A program made the position numbers and the translations under genes. Below the pieces are notes generated by a model. It worked only from the letters and a program-made list of their open reading frames with translations. It was not told the origin of the DNA and did not search any database. 64,000 nt of DNA from a virus, in the IMG/VR virus record IMGVR_UViG_3300042402_003388, positions 36,551 to 100,550 of that record; one strand, written 5' to 3'. Of the stretch, positions 9,108 to 15,452 are shown in pieces. Positions within the stretch are counted from its first letter, which is position 1, and every line of letters begins with the position of its first letter.

Positions 9108-9371
9108 ATGCCAGAATTTAACACTTATGTTGATGTAGACGTTTACGAATTTATTGATGAATGTTCAAAAAGTGAAATTAATGAGTTAATTGACGATTTA
9201 ATTGATAGGGGTTACTTAAACAAAAATAGTAAAGGGGTTGGTAAACCACCGAAATATTCATTAATTGAGGAAACTCATAGAGATTATTGTGATGTTTTGG
9301 CGAATTCTTACCATAGAATGAGTAAGGAAGACGAAGAAACAATCGCGAATATTGCTAAAAAATATTCGTAA
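9108..9371 (+). CDS. hypothetical protein
   Basis: 87-aa ORF with phage-like codon use between tRNAs. Confidence 0.7.
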   Translation: MPEFNTYVDVDVYEFIDECSKSEINELIDDLIDRGYLNKNSKGVGKPPKYSLIEETHRDYCDVLANSYHRMSKEDEETIANIAKKYS

Positions 9372-9378
9372 TAAAAAT

Positions 9379-9452
9379 GGGGGTGTATGTCTCAAGGCCG
9401 ACGAGAATGATTTGCAATCAATCTGGGGTGAGTTCGATTCTCACCATCTCCA
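9379..9452 (+). tRNA. tRNA-Ala(TGC), atypical D arm
   Basis: GGGGGTG/CATCTCC with G3:U70 Ala identity pair, loop TT-TGC-AA, GTTCGATTC. Confidence 0.85.
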
Positions 9453-9456
9453 CAAT

Positions 9457-9547
9457 GTTATCATAGCTCAGTAGGATGAGGCCGCAATCGGATTCCTTTA
9501 AACAACGCGTGAGGGGCGGCTTTCACGATGTGGCTGAAGTGATAACA
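9457..9547 (+). ncRNA. tRNA-like RNA lacking a T arm
   Basis: GTTATCA/TGATAAC+A acceptor-like stem, TAGCTCAGTAGG D-like arm, internal helices, no TTCR loop. Confidence 0.5.
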
Positions 9548-9557
9548 AATAATATAT

Positions 9558-9629
9558 CGCGGGATAGAGCAGTGGTAGCTCGCAAGGCTCATAACCTTGA
9601 GGTCGGGGGTTCGAATCCCTCTCCCGCAA
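9558..9629 (+). tRNA. tRNA-fMet(CAT)
   Basis: C1:A72 mismatch, CAAGG-CT-CAT-AA-CCTTG. Confidence 0.92.
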
Positions 9630-9638
9630 CTAATATAT

Positions 9639-9712
9639 CGTGGGTTAGACTGGAGGTGGTTCCAGCTTGGTCTCATAAGCCAAAGACGGGGGTTCGAGTC
9701 CCTCACCCGCAA
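9639..9712 (+). tRNA. second, divergent initiator-type tRNA-Met(CAT)
   Basis: C1:A72 mismatch, TTGGT-CT-CAT-AA-GCCAA, extended D stem CTGGA/TCCAG. Confidence 0.8.
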
Positions 9713-9790
9713 CAAAGTGTCTCGGTCCGCTCTGACGAAAGTTAACGACGAGGTCTCGGTAGACAGAACGCGTCTGATTCTACCCAAAAT

Positions 9791-9863
9791 GCGAGAGTAG
9801 CTCAGTTGGTAGAGCACAACCTTGCCAAGGTTGGGGTCGCGGGTTCGAATCCCGTCTCTCGCT
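9791..9863 (+). tRNA. tRNA-Gly(GCC)
   Basis: Canonical cloverleaf, TT-GCC-AA. Confidence 0.97.
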
Positions 9864-9872
9864 CAATAATAA

Positions 9873-9945
9873 GCGGATATCGTATAATGGCTTATTACTT
9901 CAGCCTTCCAAGCTGAAGATGTGAGTTCGATTCTCACTATCCGCT
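9873..9945 (+). tRNA. tRNA-Gly(TCC)
   Basis: TCAGC-CT-TCC-AA-GCTGA. Confidence 0.96.
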
Positions 9946-9950
9946 CAAAA

Positions 9951-10023
9951 GGTCCCGTGGTTGAATGGTTACAATTCCACCCTGTCACGGTGCGAGGTAC
10001 GGGTTCGAATCCCGTCGGGACCG
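9951..10023 (+). tRNA. tRNA-Asp(GTC)
   Basis: CT-GTC-AC loop, G73. Confidence 0.92.
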
Positions 10024-10031
10024 CAAACTTT

Positions 10032-10103
10032 GGTCTATTCGTTCATCGGCTAGGATGCTACCCTGTCACGGTAGTGAGGAGGGTTCGATTCCCTCATAGA
10101 CCG
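10032..10103 (+). tRNA. tRNA-Asp(GTC), second variant
   Basis: CTACC-CT-GTC-AC-GGTAG, G73. Confidence 0.94.
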
Positions 10104-10133
10104 CAAAAATAAATTAATTTATACTTATTGAGT

Positions 10134-10292
10134 ATGGATAAAGAAAAATGGGATTCTGATGAATGGCAAGGGCGTTCTAAAGACAGGGTCGAAAAAAACA
10201 ATAAAGTTTTTGGATACTCTATATTACTTACAATACTTGGTACAGTAATTTGTTATTTATACGTCATAATATCCACTTATTTTAGATTTTGA
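10134..10292 (+). CDS. small membrane protein (52 aa)
   Basis: MDKEKWDSDEWQG... with C-terminal hydrophobic stretch; below ORF-track cutoff. Confidence 0.6.
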   Translation: MDKEKWDSDEWQGRSKDRVEKNNKVFGYSILLTILGTVICYLYVIISTYFRF

Positions 10293-10342
10293 TTTGTTAT
10301 TTCGTAAAAAATTTACTAAATTTGTAGTGTAAATAAAATATT

Positions 10343-10519
10343 ATGTGGGTAATTGTAAAATTAATGGAAAGTCTTAATGGTGTTAAAGTTCCTGTCATTA
10401 TCTTAGATGGACACTCAGAAATTTGGGAATTTGAAACTGAAGAAGAGGCGGTTAAAATGAGAGACATTTTTTCTAAAAACTCGGACTCAGGTCACGTTTA
10501 CTTAGTTAAAAAAGTCTAA
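10343..10519 (+). CDS. small hypothetical protein (58 aa)
   Basis: MWVIVKLMESLNG...; TAAATTTG promoter element at 10317-10324. Confidence 0.65.
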   Translation: MWVIVKLMESLNGVKVPVIILDGHSEIWEFETEEEAVKMRDIFSKNSDSGHVYLVKKV

Positions 10520-10524
10520 CAAAT

Positions 10525-10598
10525 GGTTCCGTAGCTCAGCTGGATAGAGCAACTGCCTTCTAAGCAGTAGGTCACAGGTTCGAATCCTGTCGGGACTA
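10525..10598 (+). tRNA. tRNA-Arg(TCT)
   Basis: ACTGC-CT-TCT-AA-GCAGT. Confidence 0.97.
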
Positions 10599-10613
10599 CT
10601 AAATTAAAAAATT

Positions 10614-10868
10614 ATGGTTGATATTAATCAAGATATTGTATTTGAGGAAGAACATAATGAGTTTATTAAAAGTGAGTTATTCTGTCAAATGATGAAAGAA
10701 AAAATAGAACATTCTGCGTATCATAAATTTGATGGTATTGCACCTGAAGGATTTACGTTGGTACCAAATGAGGTGTTAGAAGAACTTAAGGACTTTGACA
10801 ATTGGAAGGAGTTTAAATACGATTTAGAATGGATTAAGAAAAATTCTATAAAGTATTTGGTAGTTTAA
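10614..10868 (+). CDS. hypothetical protein
   Basis: 84-aa ORF. Confidence 0.65.
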   Translation: MVDINQDIVFEEEHNEFIKSELFCQMMKEKIEHSAYHKFDGIAPEGFTLVPNEVLEELKDFDNWKEFKYDLEWIKKNSIKYLVV

Positions 10869-10885
10869 CTTATAAAAAATAATAT

Positions 10886-11164
10886 ATGAAAAAATTTGCA
10901 CCATACGTATTAGTACTTATTTGGTTTTTAGTTATTGGGTTATTGGCGTTCTTATTGACAGGATGTAAAAATAAGAATAAAATAGAACCTGGTGATAAAG
11001 TAGTTAAATGTGTAATTGATAGTGTTTCAACTGAAGGACCTCGTTCAACTATTGAACCGTATGTAAGATATTATTACTATACCAAATGTGGTGAAAGACT
11101 TATTACCAATCGAGATGACATTTACAAAATTGGGGACACGATAACTTACGTATATAAAAAATAA
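10886..11164 (+). CDS. putative lipoprotein
   Basis: MKK + hydrophobic stretch + LTGC lipobox. Confidence 0.7.
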   Translation: MKKFAPYVLVLIWFLVIGLLAFLLTGCKNKNKIEPGDKVVKCVIDSVSTEGPRSTIEPYVRYYYYTKCGERLITNRDDIYKIGDTITYVYKK

Positions 11165-11169
11165 AATAA

Positions 11170-11242
11170 GCCTCCTTAGCTCAGCTGGTAGAGCACTTCA
11201 CTTGTAATGAAGGGGTCGTAGGTTCGAATCCTACAGGAGGCT
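11170..11242 (+). tRNA. tRNA-Thr(TGT)
   Basis: CTTCA-CT-TGT-AA-TGAAG. Confidence 0.97.
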
Positions 11243-11248
11243 CAAATT

Positions 11249-11322
11249 GGTCCTTTAGCTCAGTTGGTTAGAGCAGCTCACTCATAATGAGAAGGTCACA
11301 GGTTCAAGTCCTGTATGGACCA
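11249..11322 (+). tRNA. tRNA-Ile2(CAT, lysidine type; reads ATA)
   Basis: GGTCCTT acceptor with C4:G69/C5:G68, CT-CAT-AA, GTTCAAGTC T loop as in bacterial Ile2. Confidence 0.85.
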
Positions 11323-11343
11323 CAAATATCTAAAAACACAAAT

Positions 11344-11511
11344 ATGCAACTTATATTCAATATTATCGCAACAATTGTATTCCTAATCTTTGGGATTATA
11401 TGGAGTAAGAAAACGTTCACAGACATTATAGCCAAAATAATTTGTCTTGGTTTATCCATTTTAGGAATTATTCTAATTTTGATACAATGCGGGTATATTA
11501 TTAAAAAATAG
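11344..11511 (+). CDS. small two-TM membrane protein
   Basis: Start at MQLIFN; upstream part of track ORF overlaps a tRNA. Confidence 0.65.
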   Translation: MQLIFNIIATIVFLIFGIIWSKKTFTDIIAKIICLGLSILGIILILIQCGYIIKK

Positions 11512-11526
11512 TCATATATTTGTACT

Positions 11527-11802
11527 ATGAAAAGTTACCTGATTATTAGAGAGGATTATTTTAATGAAAAAGGAATTGGTAACAATACTCATTTCTGTAT
11601 TAAAGAATCTAAAAAATTTTTATGGTTTGAATGGTGGTCGTACGTGAAATACAAAGAATGTTACGAAAGTGGTTCATATAACACTGTTTTAAAGTTCACT
11701 AATTTATATGAAGCAGAAAAATTTGTTAATGAAGTTTTGTTAAAAAACGGACCAAGACAAAAATGGTCATCTATGACCCTAAAAGAAATAAAAGAAAAAT
11801 GA
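11527..11802 (+). CDS. hypothetical protein
   Basis: 91-aa ORF after TATATTTG element. Confidence 0.65.
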   Translation: MKSYLIIREDYFNEKGIGNNTHFCIKESKKFLWFEWWSYVKYKECYESGSYNTVLKFTNLYEAEKFVNEVLLKNGPRQKWSSMTLKEIKEK

Positions 11803-12386
11803 AAACGATATTTTTAGACCACGATGGAGTAATCTGTTTATCCACAGAGTGGGGTGGTCGTTACAAGAAACAAAAAAAATGGGGAGAACTTAAAATGTCT
11901 ATGGGGATGAATGAAATCCCTATTGAATTTAGATTTGACAATTTTAATAAGAAGGCAATCAAAATTCTGAATTCAATTATTGAAGAAACTGGTGCTGAGA
12001 TAGTAGTTTCATCTGATTGGAAACGATGGGCAACTGTTGAGGAAATGGGACAATACTACGAATCTCAAGGGATTATCAAAAAACCAATCTCATTTACTCC
12101 AAACTTAAGTGAATGTAATAACTATGATGGTTCATTTCCTTGGAATAGAGATTGGGATTTAGAACAAACTCGTACATTAGAAATTAACCAATATTTGAAG
12201 GACCATCCTGAGGTGACAGAATGGGTTGCAATCGATGACCTTAATATGGGAAAAGAGGGGATGTCATATTCAATTAAATGGGTTCACGATTGGGGTTTAG
12301 ATAATTTTGTACTAACACCAAAAGGTAATGAAGGGTTAAAACAATCAGGAATTAAAGAAAAAGTTTTATCTTTTTTAATAAAATAA
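11799..12386 (+). CDS. HAD-family phosphatase (RNA-repair 'Swiss Army Knife' HAD_SAK_2-like)
   Basis: IFLDHDGVI, IVVSSDWK, WVAIDD. Confidence 0.8.
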   Translation: MKTIFLDHDGVICLSTEWGGRYKKQKKWGELKMSMGMNEIPIEFRFDNFNKKAIKILNSIIEETGAEIVVSSDWKRWATVEEMGQYYESQGIIKKPISFTPNLSECNNYDGSFPWNRDWDLEQTRTLEINQYLKDHPEVTEWVAIDDLNMGKEGMSYSIKWVHDWGLDNFVLTPKGNEGLKQSGIKEKVLSFLIK

Positions 12387-12393
12387 AAAAATA

Positions 12394-12424
12394 TTTGACA
12401 ATTACGGAATTTTTCGTAACTTTG
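12394..12424 (+). promoter_or_regulatory. consensus Bacteroidota promoter for leader 2
   Basis: TTTG(12394)-N19-TAACTTTG(12417). Confidence 0.8.
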
Positions 12425-12469
12425 TAGTAATTATAGAAACAGGTAGAAATACCACAACAAATAGAAAAA

Positions 12470-12580
12470 ATGAAAAACACTAATAAACATATGAACGTCG
12501 TGATTTGGAAACAACAATTTAGTAATTGTTCGTATCCGCGTATTTCGCATACAAGTTCAGTTGATGAAGGTTTAGTGTAA
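12470..12580 (+). CDS. putative leader peptide 2 (36 aa, MKNTNKHMNVVIWKQQFSNCSYPRISHTSSVDEGLV)
   Basis: Short ORF between promoter and terminator; codons 6-24 sample all 15 tRNA types of array 12687-15825. Confidence 0.85.
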   Translation: MKNTNKHMNVVIWKQQFSNCSYPRISHTSSVDEGLV

Positions 12581-12614
12581 TGTAAATAAAATAACATACA
12601 ACAAATATCTCAAG

Positions 12615-12646
12615 TCCTGAACTCAAAAAGTTCAGGATTTTTTTTT
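12615..12646 (+). terminator. attenuator terminator of leader 2
   Basis: TCCTGAACT-CAAAA-AGTTCAGGA-T9; CTGAACT alternatively pairs with AGTTCAG (12554-12560). Confidence 0.9.
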
Positions 12647-12656
12647 GTTATAAAGT

Positions 12657-12666
12657 GTTCTTTGAC
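12657..12666 (+). promoter_or_regulatory. boxA antitermination element
   Basis: GTTCTTTGAC followed by ATATTGG, same context as 8971. Confidence 0.7.
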
Positions 12667-12686
12667 ATATTGGTAAGAAAAGTAAA

Positions 12687-12758
12687 CGGGGTGTAGTCTC
12701 GAGGAGAGACGCGTGTTTTGGGAACACGAGGCGGCAGGTTCGACTCCTGTCACCCCGA
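12687..12758 (+). tRNA. tRNA-Pro(TGG)
   Basis: CGTGT-TT-TGG-GA-ACACG, short atypical D loop. Confidence 0.9.
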
Positions 12759-12764
12759 CTATAT

Positions 12765-12838
12765 TGTCACATAGCTCAGTTGGTTAGAGCGTTCGCCTGA
12801 TACGCGAAAGGTCGATGGTTCGAGTCCATCTGTGACAA
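12765..12838 (+). tRNA. tRNA-Ile(GAT)
   Basis: TTCGC-CT-GAT-AC-GCGAA. Confidence 0.95.
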
Positions 12839-12844
12839 CTTAAT

Positions 12845-12919
12845 GTCTTCGTAGCTCAGTTGGTTTAGAGCACCTCACTTTTAATGAGGGAGTCACAGGT
12901 TCGAGTCCTGTCGGGGACA
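12845..12919 (+). tRNA. tRNA-Lys(TTT)
   Basis: CCTCA-CT-TTT-AA-TGAGG. Confidence 0.95.
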
Positions 12920-12925
12920 CAATAT

Positions 12926-12997
12926 GGTCGGTTGGCCGAGTGGCTTAGGCGATAGTCTGCAAAACTATCTACACAGGTTCGATTCCTGTACCGACCT
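12926..12997 (+). tRNA. tRNA-Cys(GCA)
   Basis: ATAGT-CT-GCA-AA-ACTAT, U73. Confidence 0.96.
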
Positions 12998-13002
12998 CAA
13001 AT

Positions 13003-13075
13003 ACGTCTGTAGCTCAGTTGGTAGAGCACTGGTCTCCAAAACCAGGTGTCGGTGGTTCGAATCCATCCAGGCGTG
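13003..13075 (+). tRNA. tRNA-Trp(CCA)
   Basis: CTGGT-CT-CCA-AA-ACCAG. Confidence 0.96.
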
Positions 13076-13079
13076 CAAT

Positions 13080-13153
13080 GACTCAGTAGCTCAGGGGTTT
13101 AGAGCAGTTGACTGTTAATCAACGGGTCGTAGGTTCGATTCCTACCTGGGTCG
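13080..13153 (+). tRNA. tRNA-Asn(GTT)
   Basis: GTTGA-CT-GTT-AA-TCAAC. Confidence 0.96.
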
Positions 13154-13156
13154 CAA

Positions 13157-13291
13157 TAGGTTGATTAGGGAATGATTGTACTGATAGTTCGAGAGTGAAT
13201 ACTGACTAGTACAATCGGAGTTTGCAGGTATTCACCCGAGTAATGCTAATCGTAAAAACAGATGTCCACTGAACCATCTTCTGTTTTCCTA
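13157..13291 (+). ncRNA. unassigned structured RNA with kissing-loop/pseudoknot
   Basis: GATTGTACT/AGTACAATC hairpin whose loop GTGAATAC is complementary to GTATTCAC; closing helices GATTAG/CTAATC and TAGG/CCTA. Confidence 0.6.
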
Positions 13292-13295
13292 AATT

Positions 13296-13376
13296 GGGAG
13301 TGTTGAGCAACGGTTGCTTAGCTGACTGTAAATCAGTGGTCTTACGACATTGGGGGTTCGAATCCCTCCACTCCCA
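13296..13376 (+). tRNA. tRNA-Tyr(GTA)
   Basis: GCTGA-CT-GTA-AA-TCAGT, long variable arm. Confidence 0.93.
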
Positions 13377-13382
13377 CAAAAT

Positions 13383-13411
13383 AAAAAAGGGGATATAAAT
13401 CCCCTCTTTTT
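13383..13411. terminator. bidirectional hairpin terminator
   Basis: AAAAAAGGGGAT-ATAA-ATCCCCTCTTTTT. Confidence 0.7.
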
Positions 13412-13429
13412 CGATTAGGTCGTTATCAA

Positions 13430-13594
13430 TTATTTCTGTTTAGCAATAATTGACCATACACCACCAACTAATGTAACTGCAGCTCCGATAAGTTCTTGAA
13501 CTGTTGAATCAGTTGCAAGACCTTTCATAATCAGGATACCACCCACAAAAGTAAGTGCGTGTCTAACGATACCTTGGATTTGTTCTTTAGTCAT
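13430..13594 (-). CDS. small two-TM holin-like protein (54 aa)
   Basis: MTKEQIQGIVRHALTFVGG...GGVWS; TATTTAT motif upstream; antisense insertion within tRNA array. Confidence 0.7.
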   Translation of the reverse strand: MTKEQIQGIVRHALTFVGGILIMKGLATDSTVQELIGAAVTLVGGVWSIIAKQK

Positions 13595-13650
13595 TATAAA
13601 TTTGATTAAAGGTTTATGCCAGACTATAAATATTGGAAAAACGGTCAAAC

Positions 13651-13721
13651 TGTCCTTTCGTCTAATGGCAGGACACGTGGTTTTGGTCCACGCGGTGGAG
13701 GTTCGAATCCTCCAGGGACAA
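13651..13721 (+). tRNA. tRNA-Gln(TTG)
   Basis: CGTGG-TT-TTG-GT-CCACG, U1:A72. Confidence 0.94.
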
Positions 13722-13775
13722 CAAGGGGTTAGGTGGAAACCCAAGAGTAGGTGATGAGTCTACGTCCACCAAAAT

Positions 13776-13847
13776 ACCGATGTAGCTCAGTGGTAGAGCA
13801 CTTCTTTCATACGGAAGGTGTCGGAAGTTCAATTCTTCCCATCGGTA
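13776..13847 (+). tRNA. tRNA-Met(CAT), elongator type
   Basis: ACCGATG/CATCGGT, CTTCT-TT-CAT-AC-GGAAG. Confidence 0.85.
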
Positions 13848-13853
13848 CTTAAC

Positions 13854-13928
13854 AGTTCCTTAGCTCAGTTGGTTTAGAGCACTTCTTTTACACGGAAGGG
13901 GTCGTAGGTTCGAATCCTACAGGGACTA
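13854..13928 (+). tRNA. tRNA-Val(TAC)
   Basis: CTTCT-TT-TAC-AC-GGAAG. Confidence 0.94.
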
Positions 13929-13935
13929 CAAAATG

Positions 13936-13972
13936 CCAAACTCGGTAGTAAAACACGTCCAAACTCGGTAGT
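13936..13972 (+). repeat. 14-bp direct repeat x2 (CCAAACTCGGTAGT)
   Basis: 13936-13949 and 13959-13972. Confidence 0.9.
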
Positions 13973-13983
13973 TTTAAAAAAAG

Positions 13984-14093
13984 TTTGGTGAATTGAAAAA
14001 TGTTTCATACCTTTGTATTCACAAACAACGGGGGGTAGGAGTTAGTAAGTCGGTGGCCTACCCCCCCTGAGACAAGATAGAAAGTTCTTTGAA
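13984..14093 (+). promoter_or_regulatory. promoter + GC-rich hairpin + boxA (rrn-leader-like)
   Basis: TTTG-N20-TACCTTTG; GGGGGGTAGG/CCTACCCCCC (14030-14066); GTTCTTTGAA (14084). Confidence 0.7.
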
Positions 14094-14103
14094 TTAAAAT
14101 ACT

Positions 14104-14237
14104 GATAATGGTTTTCCCCACTCAACGGATGTCGACAATCCAGAATGGAATCGGAATTCAGCACCCCCTGCCGAGGCCTCGTAAAACTACGATTAAGCAG
14201 TTAAGATTGGAGCGAGATGGGTACTCCAACATTATCA
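14104..14237 (+). ncRNA. unassigned RNA closed by acceptor-like stem
   Basis: GATAATG/CATTATC+A with adjacent TTGGAG/CTCCAA hairpin in T-arm position. Confidence 0.5.
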
Positions 14238-14242
14238 TACTT

Positions 14243-14315
14243 GGAACGGTAGCTCAGTTGGTAGAGCACTTGCCTGAAGAGCAAGGTGTCGGCGGTTCGA
14301 TTCCGCCCCGTTCCA
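14243..14315 (+). tRNA. tRNA-Phe(GAA)
   Basis: CTTGC-CT-GAA-GA-GCAAG. Confidence 0.96.
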
Positions 14316-14389
14316 CGGAGTCCTGAAATAACAGGAAACCCCCACTCCCATATGGCAGCCAGTCCATTAACCTGGTGAAGTGGGGTAAT

Positions 14390-14523
14390 AGTCGAGTGGG
14401 CGTAATGAGGGATGGTACCCGAGTCCCCAAGACCAATAGTCCCAGACACTTGTGGGTTCTATGGAGTCGTAAGGTTGTCTAATCCGTCTTGAACGGTATT
14501 CGGTTCGAGTCCGACCTTGACTA
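14390..14523 (+). ncRNA. oversized tRNA-like RNA A (134 nt)
   Basis: AGTCGAG/CTTGACT+A acceptor, TCGG-TTCGAGT-CCGA T arm, expanded centre. Confidence 0.65.
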
Positions 14524-14529
14524 CAAAAT

Positions 14530-14631
14530 AGTCAGGAGTCCATTGGTTGGAGTCACCTCCCCAAGGTTGAGTAACAGTAAGGCTGACTCTTTATGGCAAA
14601 GACGGAACAGGTTCGAATCCTGTCCTGACTA
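14530..14631 (+). ncRNA. oversized tRNA-like RNA B (102 nt)
   Basis: AGTCAGG/CCTGACT+A acceptor, ACAGG-TTCGAAT-CCTGT T arm, enlarged anticodon-position loop. Confidence 0.7.
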
Positions 14632-14847
14632 CACGAGTCGAGTAGTATACGACTAGTTTGCTCCCGAATGATGAGAAGTGGTGTTACAACCATAGGGACC
14701 TGAGCCGATTACTTGAGTCTAAGTCGGTTGGTTAGTGTACCAGTAACAGGAGTAAGTTAACACACAAGTTCTAACCCCTCACGAAATTGGTGAGTTGCCG
14801 CTGAAATTCGGTATTGGGGACAGTCAAAAATGATTGAACGACTATAT

Positions 14848-14921
14848 GGTGGTTATAGCTCAGTTGGTAGAGCACTTGATTGTGGTTCAAGGTGTCACGG
14901 GTTCGATTCCCGTTAATCACC
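14848..14921 (+). tRNA. tRNA-His(GTG)
   Basis: G-1:C73, CTTGA-TT-GTG-GT-TCAAG. Confidence 0.96.
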
Positions 14922-14927
14922 CAAAAA

Positions 14928-15015
14928 GGAGGAATGGCAGAGTGGTCGATTGCACTAGTCTTGAAAACTAGCGTACCGAAAGGTACCGTAGGTTCGAATC
15001 CTACTTCCTCCGCCA
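14928..15015 (+). tRNA. tRNA-Ser(TGA)
   Basis: CTAGT-CT-TGA-AA-ACTAG, long variable arm, encoded CCA. Confidence 0.97.
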
Positions 15016-15017
15016 AA

Positions 15018-15424
15018 GACCCCACGATTAACGGAAGTATCCGACCGTTACGGAGTGTGAACCTGACTTGAAGGCTTCAAGGCTATGGGGGAGGCAACAC
15101 AAACAAACAAGGATTCCCCATTATGGATTAAGGGGGTAAGGGGCTTTAATTAGTCGTAATACAATCCACAAGTTGTAAGAATACTGAACAATCTTACAAT
15201 ACACACTCAGCTTCCGAGTGAGACTCGCCACGTAACTTTGGGGGTAGGGTGAAGATGTTCTGAGGGTAACCCTGAAATATGGGTGAGAGTAGAAACCCAC
15301 CGTGGACGGTTACTATGGGCTAACGAATCTTAGTCATATCGGTGAGGGATACTAATGACGCCAGACTATATTAAAAACTAAAAGGTTCTCCTCAAAGGCG
15401 GAGGGACGATTCAGGACCTTTTTT
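15018..15424 (+). ncRNA. unassigned structured non-coding region ending in a terminator-like hairpin
   Basis: No ORF, GC-richer, hairpins TTGTAAGA/TCTTACAA, CACTC/GAGTG, CTTGAAG/CTTCAAG; AAAAGGTTCT...AGGACCTTTTTT at end. Confidence 0.45.
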
Positions 15425-15452
15425 AATCCTACACTTAAAAAATCTAAAATAT

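Noticed and set aside
9379-9452. tRNA-Cys(GCA) reading of the TTTGCAA loop
   Set aside because: Centred anticodon is TGC and the G3:U70 pair indicates Ala
9730-9760. Hammerhead ribozyme (CTGACGA)
   Set aside because: No stem II followed by GAAA core, and no stems I/III in the required order; the same applies to the element near 13735-13770
9461-10112. Track ORFs over array 1 (likewise 3889-4392, 12924-13118, 14108-15071)
   Set aside because: They overlap tRNA or structured-RNA genes; GC-rich RNA lacks stops by chance
12352-12597. Minus-strand 81-aa ORF
   Set aside because: Antisense to leader 2 and its promoter; non-ATG start, no supporting signals
13157-13291. Theta/HDV-like ribozyme at a tRNA 3' end
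   Set aside because: Helix order does not fit the HDV nested double pseudoknot
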